A stretch of 10,114 nucleotides of DNA from a virus (Duplodnaviria; Heunggongvirae; Uroviricota; Caudoviricetes). The number at the start of each line of letters is the position of its first letter. The first letter of the stretch is position 1. The notes beneath the pieces were generated by a model. That model was not told where the DNA came from. It saw only the letters and a program-made list of their open reading frames with translations, and made no database searches. Where the stretch lies: the IMG/VR virus record IMGVR_UViG_2690316097_000011; one strand, written 5' to 3'. Shown piece after piece: positions 1 to 6,448 of this stretch. Made by a program: the position numbers and the translations under genes.

Positions 1-54
1 GAGCTGCATGACAAAGTCATCGGGCATTATCTGAACATAAAACACTACCAATAA
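1..54 (+). CDS. insB: IS1 transposase InsB, C-terminal fragment (partial CDS, 5' end outside window)
   Basis: Frame 1 translates to ELHDKVIGHYLNIKHYQ followed by TAA at 52-54, the known C-terminus of IS1 InsB. Confidence 0.8.
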   Translation, partial: ELHDKVIGHYLNIKHYQ

Positions 55-69
55 GTTGGAGTCATTACC
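1..69 (+). mobile_element. IS1 right end (3' terminus with terminal inverted repeat); element continues upstream of the window
   Basis: Positions 1-69 match the canonical IS1 3' end, finishing ...AACATAAAACACTA(C)CAATAAGTTGGAGTCATTACC at 69. One C/T difference from the IS1 sequence as I recall it. Confidence 0.9.
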
Positions 70-201
70 AAACGGTTGAAATGTATGCCGCTACTTACGG
101 GTCCTGTAATCCTCTGAATAAACCAGAGGGAAAAGATGATTTCGACAAAATTTACCGCTTCTTGGAGGACCGCTATATCAAAAGCTTAGAGGACGCAGGG
201 A

Positions 202-579
202 TCAAATCCCCAGTGAAGTCACCATTGTCCTGAGAACTTGCAGAACGTCATGATCATAACTTCCATCCAAACCGCGACGGCGAATTGCTTCTCGTATTAC
301 CGGAAGCAGTTCGCTGGAAATCTCGGTGCATATTTCACCTGATAATACGCTTGGCTCAAGTGAGAATATTGGTGAACTTACGGTCTTGGTCTCGACAGTT
401 TCAGAGTCAGTGCCAACATTATAAAGCTCAACGAAAGCGGTCTTGATTTTCCGGGCCAGATCTTTTGCTGGCTCGCTTGCAATATCTTTCCCGATTTCTC
501 GCAGCACAGAATGCAATGTATGAGCTGCTGTTTTCTGTACATCAGACGGTAAATCTTTAAATTCCATCGTCAGCCTCAT
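202..579 (-). CDS. hypothetical protein, distal gene of the leftward operon
   Basis: 125 aa ORF. Its ATG at 579 overlaps the upstream stop (TGATG). An in-frame ATG at 567 with a GAGG Shine-Dalgarno 6 nt upstream is an alternative start (121 aa). No recognisable domain by eye. Confidence 0.55.
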   Translation of the reverse strand: MRLTMEFKDLPSDVQKTAAHTLHSVLREIGKDIASEPAKDLARKIKTAFVELYNVGTDSETVETKTVSSPIFSLEPSVLSGEICTEISSELLPVIREAIRRRGLDGSYDHDVLQVLRTMVTSLGI

Positions 580-731
580 CAGTCAGTGTTTCTGGCTAAC
601 CAGCAACGCGCGCCAGATTCGGTTTTAAACGTTTTGCTTTTGGTATACGTCATGGCGGTAAACGTTCCATCCTGGTTAGGGAACACGCCGCACACCAGAG
701 ATTCGTTGTTGCCAAGATCGATAGTATCCAT
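579..731 (-). CDS. small hypothetical protein (50 aa from the ATG at 731; ORF could extend to 785 giving 68 aa)
   Basis: The ATG at 731 has a GAGG Shine-Dalgarno (aaatGAGGtcagcATG on the minus strand); the ATG at 785 has none. Stop overlaps the next gene start. First gene downstream of the OL-like operators. Confidence 0.45.
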   Translation of the reverse strand: MDTIDLGNNESLVCGVFPNQDGTFTAMTYTKSKTFKTESGARCWLARNTD

Positions 732-912
732 GCTGACCTCATTTCCCCTTAACGCCGGGGTGGCGGAACAAAAAACCTGCTGCATAGTTAAAGATTGAAC
801 CCTGCCGTCATGTTCTTACGCCTCGGGCTGGCTACTTAACCCCTGACCACTGTCTGGTAACTCGAAGTATTGCCCTGCATTCTGTGGGGCGGGGTGGGTT
901 GACGCCTGAAAC

Positions 913-954
913 AATAGCATCATTATTTTTTTTGATGTAAATAGCATCGCTATT
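913..954. promoter_or_regulatory. OL-like operator pair: two 15 bp palindromes AATAGC-N3-GCTATT
   Basis: AATAGCATCATTATT at 913-927 and the perfect palindrome AATAGCATCGCTATT at 940-954, centres 27 bp apart. The same half-site recurs between the repressor and cro-like genes. Lies between the terminator of the repressor operon and the leftward genes. Confidence 0.5.
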
Positions 955-970
955 GTTTTTTGTTGGGGCA

Positions 971-994
971 AGAAAAAACCACCCTAAGGTGGTT
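971..994 (-). terminator. Rho-independent terminator of the repressor-antitoxin-toxin operon
   Basis: 7 bp perfect stem (977-983 pairs with 988-994, AACCACC/GGTGGTT) with a 4 nt loop, followed on the minus-strand transcript by UUUUCUU. Sits 17 nt after the toxin stop codon. Confidence 0.6.
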
Positions 995-1010
995 CTGTCG
1001 GCGGGAATAA

Positions 1011-1301
1011 TTAACTGTTTTTGCCTGGATACTGTCTTCGAGAATGCACAATATTTACTACTTCTATGCTTGATGCTGTTACTCGGTAAAGGATGATGTA
1101 GTTAGGATGAGTTACAATTTCACGAAGACCAAGAACTCGCTCGCTTGGAGGATACAGGTAAGGATGCTCTGTGAGCGGCAAAACGGATGTTTCAATTCGA
1201 ATTTTCATTCTGCGTGCTGCCGCGGGATTTTCTTTAGCTATGTAGGCTACGATCTGGCGCAAATCATCACGAGCAGATGGTAGCCATAAAACGGGTAACA
1301 T
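1011..1301 (-). CDS. parE: ParE/RelE-family type II toxin
   Basis: 96 aa. Translation MLPVLWLPSARDDLRQIVAYIAKENP...IILYRV has the ParE/RelE-like length and motif pattern. Start overlaps the upstream gene stop (TAATG), typical of toxin-antitoxin pairs. Confidence 0.85.
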   Translation of the reverse strand: MLPVLWLPSARDDLRQIVAYIAKENPAAARRMKIRIETSVLPLTEHPYLYPPSERVLGLREIVTHPNYIILYRVTASSIEVVNIVHSRRQYPGKNS

Positions 1302-1495
1302 TATTCACCTCTGTGAGTTGCAGCAGCAATTTGGGCAATAATTTGTTCCATTTCCGCCATTACCTCATCATGCGGAATCGCCGGGCGGGGATCCGCGAGG
1401 CTTGCTGCTACTTTGGCCCGCAGCCATTCGTTGTAACTATTTTCTTGCTCAACTGTCTCAAATTCTGAAACCATTGGGGAAAGGACTGTACTCAT
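1301..1495 (-). CDS. paaA: PaaA-like antitoxin (ParE-associated antitoxin)
   Basis: 64 aa. Motif LSPMVSEFETVEQENSYNEWLRAKVAASLADPRPAIPHDEV resembles, from memory, PaaA2 antitoxins of the prophage-borne paaR2-paaA2-parE2 systems of E. coli O157. Good Shine-Dalgarno (AGGAGA, 8 nt spacer). Immediately upstream of the toxin. Confidence 0.75.
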   Translation of the reverse strand: MSTVLSPMVSEFETVEQENSYNEWLRAKVAASLADPRPAIPHDEVMAEMEQIIAQIAAATHRGE

Positions 1496-1514
1496 TTTAC
1501 ATATCTCCTCTGAT

Positions 1515-2015
1515 TTAGGCGCGACGGCCTTTTTGTGCAGCTAACCACCGCGCAACCGTACGATCCATTGATTCTTTTTTATCTTTCATCTCCTGAAGCA
1601 TGTGTTCTTGATCTTCTTTCGGAAAAGCTCTGAACGTATGGATTAAATCTCGTTCCATCGGCTCTACGGCAAACGGTAGTTCATCCTCTGTTTGTTCTGT
1701 GTCTGCTGGTAATGCGACTATGTTATCTTGCTGTGGTTCTCGACAATACATCCTTGCAATTTGCAGCAAATCTACCATGTCTGGCCTGATTGACTCAGGG
1801 GGAACTTTCAGTAAGCCAGCAAACTTTAGAACAGCCTCAAGGTTTAGTGGGGTTTGACCATTTAGGTAGTGACTTACCGCCCCTTGTGTTGAAAACCCCA
1901 TAATTTCCGCCGCACGTTCCTGAGTCAATCCCAACTGAGATTTCTTTGCCATCCAGATTTCTTTCAGTCTTCTGGCGGCGTTGAGGTCGGTGTCTGACAA
2001 TGATTTTCTTTTCAT
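1515..2015 (-). CDS. lambda-CI-like prophage repressor (HTH, PaaR-like), without an S24 peptidase domain
   Basis: From the ATG at 2015: MKRKSLSDTDLNAARRLKEIWMAKKSQLGLTQERAAEIMGFSTQGAVSHYLNG... aligns by eye with the lambda CI N-terminal DNA-binding domain. The C-terminal 80 aa show no Ser/Lys autocleavage motifs. The ORF can extend to a GTG at 2045. Stop lies 18 nt before the antitoxin start. Confidence 0.85.
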   Translation of the reverse strand: MKRKSLSDTDLNAARRLKEIWMAKKSQLGLTQERAAEIMGFSTQGAVSHYLNGQTPLNLEAVLKFAGLLKVPPESIRPDMVDLLQIARMYCREPQQDNIVALPADTEQTEDELPFAVEPMERDLIHTFRAFPKEDQEHMLQEMKDKKESMDRTVARWLAAQKGRRA

Positions 2016-2027
2016 ACATCCAATTCT

Positions 2028-2090
2028 AATAAGATTGCTAATCACTTTGAAATAGCATCACTATTTACTTTTAAAAATAACAGTGCTATT
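2028..2090. promoter_or_regulatory. OR-like operator region in the divergent repressor/cro-like intergenic space
   Basis: AATAGCATCACTATT at 2051-2065 and AATAACAGTGCTATT at 2076-2090, plus a weaker AATAAGATTGCTAAT at 2028-2042. Centres are 23-25 bp apart, echoing lambda OR1-3. Same half-site as the left operator pair. Confidence 0.55.
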
Positions 2091-2126
2091 AATTATGCAT
2101 TGGTAACACATCACATAGGGCGGATT

Positions 2127-2390
2127 ATGAATCTTGGAGAATATTTGCATCATTTTCATATAACCCAGAGTTCATTTGCTGAGATTGTTGGCGCATCCCA
2201 AGGGATGGTCAGCCACGTTATAACGGGGCGTGCAAAACTTACAGGAGAAAAAATATTACGTTGGTGTGAAGCAACGGGATGGGTGGTGACCCCACATGAG
2301 ATTGACAGTAAAACCTACCCCAACCCAACTGACGGCTTGCCTGCTGAGTTTCAGGCTAACACACAACCATCGGCGGGGGTTGATTCATGA
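2127..2390 (+). CDS. Cro-like / YdaS-family HTH regulator
   Basis: 87 aa from the ATG at 2127 (ORF opens at a TTG at 2100). HTH-like segment QSSFAEIVGASQGMVSHVITG. Divergent from the repressor across the operator region. Stop overlaps the next start (ATGA). Confidence 0.75.
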   Translation: MNLGEYLHHFHITQSSFAEIVGASQGMVSHVITGRAKLTGEKILRWCEATGWVVTPHEIDSKTYPNPTDGLPAEFQANTQPSAGVDS

Positions 2391-2812
2391 AAATCAAGCA
2401 TGAACACATCCGCATGGCGATGAAAGCCTGGGCGCATCCGGACGGTGAAAAAGTTCCGGCAGCTGAAATAACCAGGGTTTATTTCGAACTGGGAATGACG
2501 TTTCCGGTTCTGCATAACGACAGCAAGCACAACACGCTTTATCTCAACACCCAAAAGATTTTCCGTTGGCTGGATAAAGACACCCCTGACGCTGTTGAAA
2601 AAATTCAGGCGTTGTTACCTGCGATCGAAAGGGCAATGCCACCTCCGCTGGTGGCTCGAATGCGCAGCCACAGTTCAGCTTATTTTCGGGAACTGGTGGA
2701 GACGCATGAACGACTGGTGAGAGACGCTGATGATTTTGTCGCAGTGGCAATCGCCGGTTTCAATCAGATGAACCGTGGTGGCCCGGCAGGAAATGCTGTG
2801 GCAGTACATTGA
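2387..2812 (+). CDS. CII-like / YdaT-family protein
   Basis: 141 aa beginning MKIKHEHI and ending ...AVH, as YdaT-family proteins do. Occupies the cII position between the cro-like gene and the replication genes. Confidence 0.75.
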   Translation: MKIKHEHIRMAMKAWAHPDGEKVPAAEITRVYFELGMTFPVLHNDSKHNTLYLNTQKIFRWLDKDTPDAVEKIQALLPAIERAMPPPLVARMRSHSSAYFRELVETHERLVRDADDFVAVAIAGFNQMNRGGPAGNAVAVH

Positions 2813-2883
2813 CTGACAATAGCCATATCGAATCGCTCCCGGCAACTCGTGAGTAAAAAGATTCGGTATCAGAAGAGGTGAGT

Positions 2884-3948
2884 ATGGCTAACGCCTGGCT
2901 CAGATTATGGCATGACATGCCAAATGACCCTAAGTGGCGAACAATTGCCAGGGTGTCAGGGCAGCCAATTGCAACAGTGATGGCAGTGTATATCCACCTC
3001 CTGGTGAGCGCGTCACGAAATGTCACGCGAGGTCACATTGATGTCACGACAGAAGATTTGGCAAGTGCGCTCGACGTGACAGAAGAGGTAATTGATTCAA
3101 TTTTGCAGACGATGCAGGGGCGGGTACTTGATGGTGATTTAATCACTGGATGGGAAAAACGCCAGGTGCTTAAAGAGGACAACGGCAATATTTCGCAAAC
3201 CGCAAAATCTCCTGCAGAGCGCAAGAGGGCGCAGCGAGAGAGGGAAAGAAAGCGGGAACAAAATGGCGATTGTCACGGCGCGTCACGAAATGTCACGCAC
3301 ATGTCACGACGAGTCACGACAGATACAGATAAAGATACAGATAAAGAAGATCAAAACACTATGGTCCATGGCGTAAAAAACGCCACGAACCAGGCAGGGG
3401 ATGTTCAGACCGTCAATCCTGGTCAGCCAGCAGGCTCGACACCGGAAGCCGATTCAGCGTATGCGCTGAAAGCCGATTCGGGCGCTGTGCAGCAGGTGAT
3501 GACCGCAAGGCCGGAGCAATCACTCCAACTGCAGCAGCCTGAAGCCGATTCCGCCATTCAGCGGGAAGCCGATCGGGTAGCCCCGGAAAACACCGGGCAG
3601 CCTGTGGGACGAGTGGATTATCCGGATGTGTTCGAACAGGTCTGGCGGGAATACCCGTTGCGTGCCGGGGCAAACCCGAAGAAATCCGCATTCAGTGCCT
3701 GGAAGGCCAGATTGCGCGAGGGGGTGCCACCAGAGACCATGCTGGATGGTGTGAGGCGTTACGCGAGATACCTGGCGGCGACCGGGAAAGCGGGAACGGA
3801 ATTTGTTCAGCGAGCGACGACGTTTTTTGGGCCGGACCGGAATTTTGAAAACCCCTGGTTGCTCCCGGTAAGCGGCACGAACAACCAGCGTTGTGTGAAT
3901 CATATTTCTGAACCGGATACCGAAATTCCGCCGGGATTCAGGGGGTGA
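2884..3948 (+). CDS. replication initiator / replisome organiser (lambda O-like, YdaU/DUF1376-type N-terminus)
   Basis: 354 aa from the ATG at 2884 (GAGG Shine-Dalgarno 5 nt upstream; GTG at 2878 possible). N-terminus MANAWLRLWHDMPNDPKWR, a low-complexity charged linker, and a C-terminal domain. Sits directly upstream of the DnaC-like gene and contains the iteron arrays. Confidence 0.8.
   Translation: MANAWLRLWHDMPNDPKWRTIARVSGQPIATVMAVYIHLLVSASRNVTRGHIDVTTEDLASALDVTEEVIDSILQTMQGRVLDGDLITGWEKRQVLKEDNGNISQTAKSPAERKRAQRERERKREQNGDCHGASRNVTHMSRRVTTDTDKDTDKEDQNTMVHGVKNATNQAGDVQTVNPGQPAGSTPEADSAYALKADSGAVQQVMTARPEQSLQLQQPEADSAIQREADRVAPENTGQPVGRVDYPDVFEQVWREYPLRAGANPKKSAFSAWKARLREGVPPETMLDGVRRYARYLAATGKAGTEFVQRATTFFGPDRNFENPWLLPVSGTNNQRCVNHISEPDTEIPPGFRG
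3009..3048. repeat. iteron cluster 1 (GTCACG core with 10-11 bp phasing) inside the initiator gene
   Basis: GTCACG at 3012, 3022 and 3043, GTCAC at 3032, and an inverted CGTGAC at 3075. A 20 bp block CGCGTCACGAAATGTCACGC is repeated at 3279-3298. Confidence 0.55.
3271..3346. repeat. iteron cluster 2 plus adjacent GATACAGATAAA tandem repeat; putative phage origin
   Basis: GTCACG at 3272, 3282, 3292, 3303 and 3313 (spacing 10, 10, 11, 10 bp), immediately followed by AGATACAGATAAAGATACAGATAAAG at 3321-3346. Confidence 0.6.
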
Positions 3949-3954
3949 TGTGGC

Positions 3955-4701
3955 ATGAAAAACATTGCGGCAGCCGGGGTTCTTGAACGTATTCACAGAC
4001 TTGCACCACAGGGGGCGGTTCCACCGTACCGGACGGTGGAGGAGTGGCGGGAATGGCAACTTGCTGAAGGACGAAAACGCAGCGAGGAGATTAACCGCCA
4101 GAATCGCCAGTTGCGGGTGGAAAAAATCCTGAATCGTTCGGGCATCCAGCCTCTGCACAGCAAATGCTCGTTTGCGAATTATCAGGTGCAGAACGACGGG
4201 CAAAAATACGCGCTGAGCCAGGCCAAATCCATAGCTGACGAACTGATGACCGGGTGCACGAATTTTGTGTTCAGCGGTAAAACCGGCACCGGGAAAAATC
4301 ACCTTGCAGCGGCGATGGGTAACCGGCTGATGGCGAAGGGGCGCAGCGTGATTATCGTCACCGAGTCTGATGTCATGAGCGTGTTGCATGACAGCTACGA
4401 CAACGGCAAATCCGGTGAAAAATTTTTACAGGAGCTTTGCGGGGTTGATTTGCTGGTCCTGGATGAAATAGGCATTCAGCGGGAGACGAAAAACGAGCAG
4501 GTGGTATTGCACCAGATAATTGATCGCCGGACAGCATCACTGTGCAGTGTCGGGATGTTAACAAACCTGAATCATGCCGCAATGAGCACGCTTCTTGGTG
4601 AGAGGATTATGGACCGCATGACCATGAACGGTTGTCGGTGGGTGACGTTTAACTGGGATAGCTGGCGTTCAAATGTCAGCTTTCCGGGAGTTGTGAAGTA
4701 A
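3955..4701 (+). CDS. DnaC-like helicase loader (IstB-like AAA+ ATPase, lambda P analogue)
   Basis: 248 aa. Walker A GKTGTGKNHLAAAMG and Walker B LLVLDEIG. Shine-Dalgarno AGGGGG upstream. Confidence 0.9.
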   Translation: MKNIAAAGVLERIHRLAPQGAVPPYRTVEEWREWQLAEGRKRSEEINRQNRQLRVEKILNRSGIQPLHSKCSFANYQVQNDGQKYALSQAKSIADELMTGCTNFVFSGKTGTGKNHLAAAMGNRLMAKGRSVIIVTESDVMSVLHDSYDNGKSGEKFLQELCGVDLLVLDEIGIQRETKNEQVVLHQIIDRRTASLCSVGMLTNLNHAAMSTLLGERIMDRMTMNGCRWVTFNWDSWRSNVSFPGVVK

Positions 4702-4722
4702 TTTTTGTTGGAGGATGTTTTA

Positions 4723-5448
4723 ATGGAAACTGTATTTGACGCACTGAAAGCACTGAAAAGAGCCTCTTCACATGTGGTGGCGTCCCGCCTTGGAATCAGC
4801 CGTGAAGATGCGGTCAACGAACTGTGGAAACTGAAGCGCCGTGGTGAAGCGGATAACAAGGGTTCGATGTGGTGGCTGATTCAGGCTGGTGAAAGTGAAC
4901 CAGTGTCACCGGTACCGAAAGTGACAGCGCAAATGCTGACTGAGGCGATTGAACAACATGGCCCACAAACGGCGGATGAGCTGGCACTGATGTTCGGGAT
5001 TACCTCCCGCCGGGCGAATTCATCGCTGGCCATGGCAATCAGCAAAGGGCGTCTGATTCGCGTGAATCAGGGCGGTAAATTTCGGTACTGCATACCGGGC
5101 GCTGATTTACCGGCAGAGCCGAAAGCCGCATCCATAGCGGAAACGGATGGTAAAGTCTTTCCTCAGCCAGCAGGTGTTGCGTTACCGGTACAGGAAGCTG
5201 CAACACAGGAAGAAATTAAAACAGAAACTGTGGCGGACATTGTGCAGTCGTTGCCATCGTTCACCGAAACGCAAGCGGATGACCTGGTTTTACCATCGCT
5301 GCATATGGCAAACCGCGAACTGCGTCGGGCGAAAAGTCATGTCCAGAAGTGGGAGCGTGTCTGCGCCGCGTTGCGGGAGCTGAACAAGCACCGGGATATT
5401 GTTCGACAGATTGTCGATTCCTCCGGTCGTATTGTGTCGGAAAAGTGA
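4723..5448 (+). CDS. hypothetical phage protein with two winged-helix-like segments
   Basis: 241 aa from the ATG at 4723 (GGAGG Shine-Dalgarno, 8 nt spacer; ORF opens at a TTG at 4705). No catalytic motifs recognised. Confidence 0.7.
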   Translation: METVFDALKALKRASSHVVASRLGISREDAVNELWKLKRRGEADNKGSMWWLIQAGESEPVSPVPKVTAQMLTEAIEQHGPQTADELALMFGITSRRANSSLAMAISKGRLIRVNQGGKFRYCIPGADLPAEPKAASIAETDGKVFPQPAGVALPVQEAATQEEIKTETVADIVQSLPSFTETQADDLVLPSLHMANRELRRAKSHVQKWERVCAALRELNKHRDIVRQIVDSSGRIVSEK

Positions 5449-5463
5449 TTGCCGGGGGCGCTT

Positions 5464-5705
5464 ATGGCAAAAGTATTTACACAGGAAGAGCGGGAAAAAA
5501 TTAAGGGGCAGGTTGTTGAACTCGTACGCCAGAGTGGGCGCGAGACGTTACGACAACTGGAAGCTAAAACCGGGGCGACAAGATATTTAATAAGCGTTCT
5601 CGCCAGAGAGCTGGTTGCCAGTGGGGATGTATACAACTCTGGCTACGGGTTATTCCCGTCTGAACAGGCTCGTAAGGACTGGCAAAACGCCCGCAAAAAA
5701 CTCTC
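5464..5705 (+). pseudogene. 5' portion of a phage gene interrupted by an IS3-family remnant
   Basis: Starts MAKVFTQEEREKIKGQVVELVRQSGRETLRQLEAKTGATRY... and reads into IS-derived sequence after ...ARKKLS at about 5705. A paralogous 3' portion resumes at 6002. Confidence 0.6.
5497..5705. repeat. about 209 bp imperfect direct repeat, copy 1
   Basis: Aligns by eye with 6002-6210 at roughly 90% identity (the last 110 bp nearly identical). Both copies end ...CGCAAAAAACTCTC. Confidence 0.8.
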
Positions 5706-6001
5706 GAACGGTGGCTGAACTGGAATCTGAAATTCTGCAACTGCGTAAGGCGTTAAATGAAGCTCGCCTTGAGCGAGATATATTAAAAAAAGAACAAATG
5801 GTAGTGTCCGCTATTGCCAGTACACCTCAAAGAGATAATCGGGAAGCGCCTTCACTGATCGAAAGTTGATTTTCAGGAACCGTTCTGACAGCTTCGGCTT
5901 TGAACTCTTTAGAGTAACGTTGGGTTTTTCTGCTCATTATTAGCTCCTTCTGATGCCATTCTATTTCAGGAAGGAGTGTCCGTTAAACTCAGGCTACCTC
6001 A
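5706..6001. mobile_element. scrambled IS3-family (IS600-like) remnant made of two oppositely oriented fragments
   Basis: Minus strand 6001 to 5830: terminal repeat TGAGGTAGCCTGAGTTTAACGGACACTCC, then a Shine-Dalgarno and ATG at 5937 encoding MSRKTQRYSKEFKAEAVRTVPENQLSISEGASRLSL (OrfA N-terminus), then stop. Plus strand 5706-5793 encodes RTVAELESEILQLRKALNEARLERDILKK (OrfA leucine zipper), followed by a second terminal-repeat-like end at 5800-5829. Confidence 0.75.
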
Positions 6002-6210
6002 AAAATTAAAGGGCAGGTTGTTGAACTTGTACGTCTGAGCGGTCGCGAGACGTTGCGGCAACTGGAAGCCAAGACAGGTGCGACAAGATATCTGATGAGT
6101 GTTCTCGCCAGAGAGCTGGTTGCCAGTGGCGATGTATACAACTCTGGTTACGGGTTATTCCCGTCTGAACAGGCGCGTAAGGACTGGCAAAACGCCCGCA
6201 AAAAACTCTC
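6002..6210. repeat. about 209 bp imperfect direct repeat, copy 2
   Basis: Paralogous to 5497-5705. Begins immediately after the IS terminal repeat at 6001. Confidence 0.8.
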
Positions 6211-6391
6211 AAGGGCAAATCTGAAGAAACCATCTGTGGTTGATCCTGACCTTATCTGGTCATTACCAGACGGAGAAATACGCCGCTACGACAGACATCA
6301 GAACATAATCTGTCGCGAGTGCCGGAAGAGTGAAGTTATGCAGCGTGTACCGGCTTTCTATCAGGGTGATTTTCAGGAGGCGGTACTGTGA
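6002..6391 (+). pseudogene. 3' portion of the IS-interrupted phage gene (no 5' end or start codon)
   Basis: In-frame continuation KIKGQVVELVRLSGRETLRQLEAKTGATRY...ICRECRKSEVMQRVPAFYQGDFQEAVL. An upstream in-frame TAA at 5984-5986 lies inside IS sequence. Confidence 0.6.
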
Positions 6392-6448
6392 GTGAAATTA
6401 GCTATCAGGCTTCAATTACCGCTGGCATTCGCATCAAAGGAGAGGAGC

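Noticed and set aside
586-798. 70 aa plus-strand ORF
   Set aside because: It overlaps the better-supported minus-strand coupled gene pair, has no Shine-Dalgarno, and its translation has no protein-like features.
786-910. Possible nutL-like boxA/boxB antitermination site in the leftward leader
   Set aside because: No convincing boxA consensus or boxB hairpin was found by eye on the minus strand. There is only GC-rich sequence, which is insufficient.
1277-1468. 63 aa plus-strand ORF
   Set aside because: It is antisense to the antitoxin and toxin genes, which have the characteristic coupled architecture.
1837-2019. 60 aa minus-strand ORF
   Set aside because: It is an alternate frame inside the repressor gene.
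2647-2654. Chi site GCTGGTGG
   Set aside because: A single occurrence in 10 kb is about the background frequency for enterobacterial DNA, so it is not evidence of anything specific.
2127-2812. The YdaS/YdaT-like pair as a toxin-antitoxin system
   Set aside because: Their position (divergent from the repressor across the operators, upstream of the replication genes) and HTH content fit Cro and CII analogues. The genuine toxin-antitoxin pair here is the PaaA-like/ParE pair on the other side of the repressor.
2351-3224. Minus-strand ORFs at 2351-2554, 2544-2750, 2760-3026 and 3033-3224
   Set aside because: They are antisense to the cII-like and initiator genes, lack start signals, and include iteron-derived repeats in the wrong frame.
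3009-3346. Possible CRISPR array suggested by the regularly spaced GTCACG repeats
   Set aside because: The repeat unit is only 6 bp at about 10 bp spacing, inside a coding sequence, with no 25-40 bp repeats or unique spacers. It is an iteron array, not CRISPR.
3520-4389. 289 aa ORF on the minus strand spanning the initiator/loader boundary
   Set aside because: It is antisense to two well-supported genes (motif-bearing DnaC-like loader and O-like initiator) in a GC-rich region where long antisense ORFs arise by chance. It has no Shine-Dalgarno and its low-complexity Arg/Pro-rich translation is typical of antisense frames.
4373-5636. Minus- and plus-strand alternate-frame ORFs at 4373-4582, 4572-4859, 5147-5383, 5337-5636 and 5399-5590
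   Set aside because: All overlap better-supported plus-strand genes (the loader, the winged-helix protein and the interrupted gene) and lack ribosome-binding sites.
5615-5869. 84 aa plus-strand ORF resembling a transposase leucine zipper
   Set aside because: The frame runs from the interrupted phage gene into an internal piece of the IS3-family OrfA. It is a chimeric artefact of the rearrangement junction, not an intact gene.
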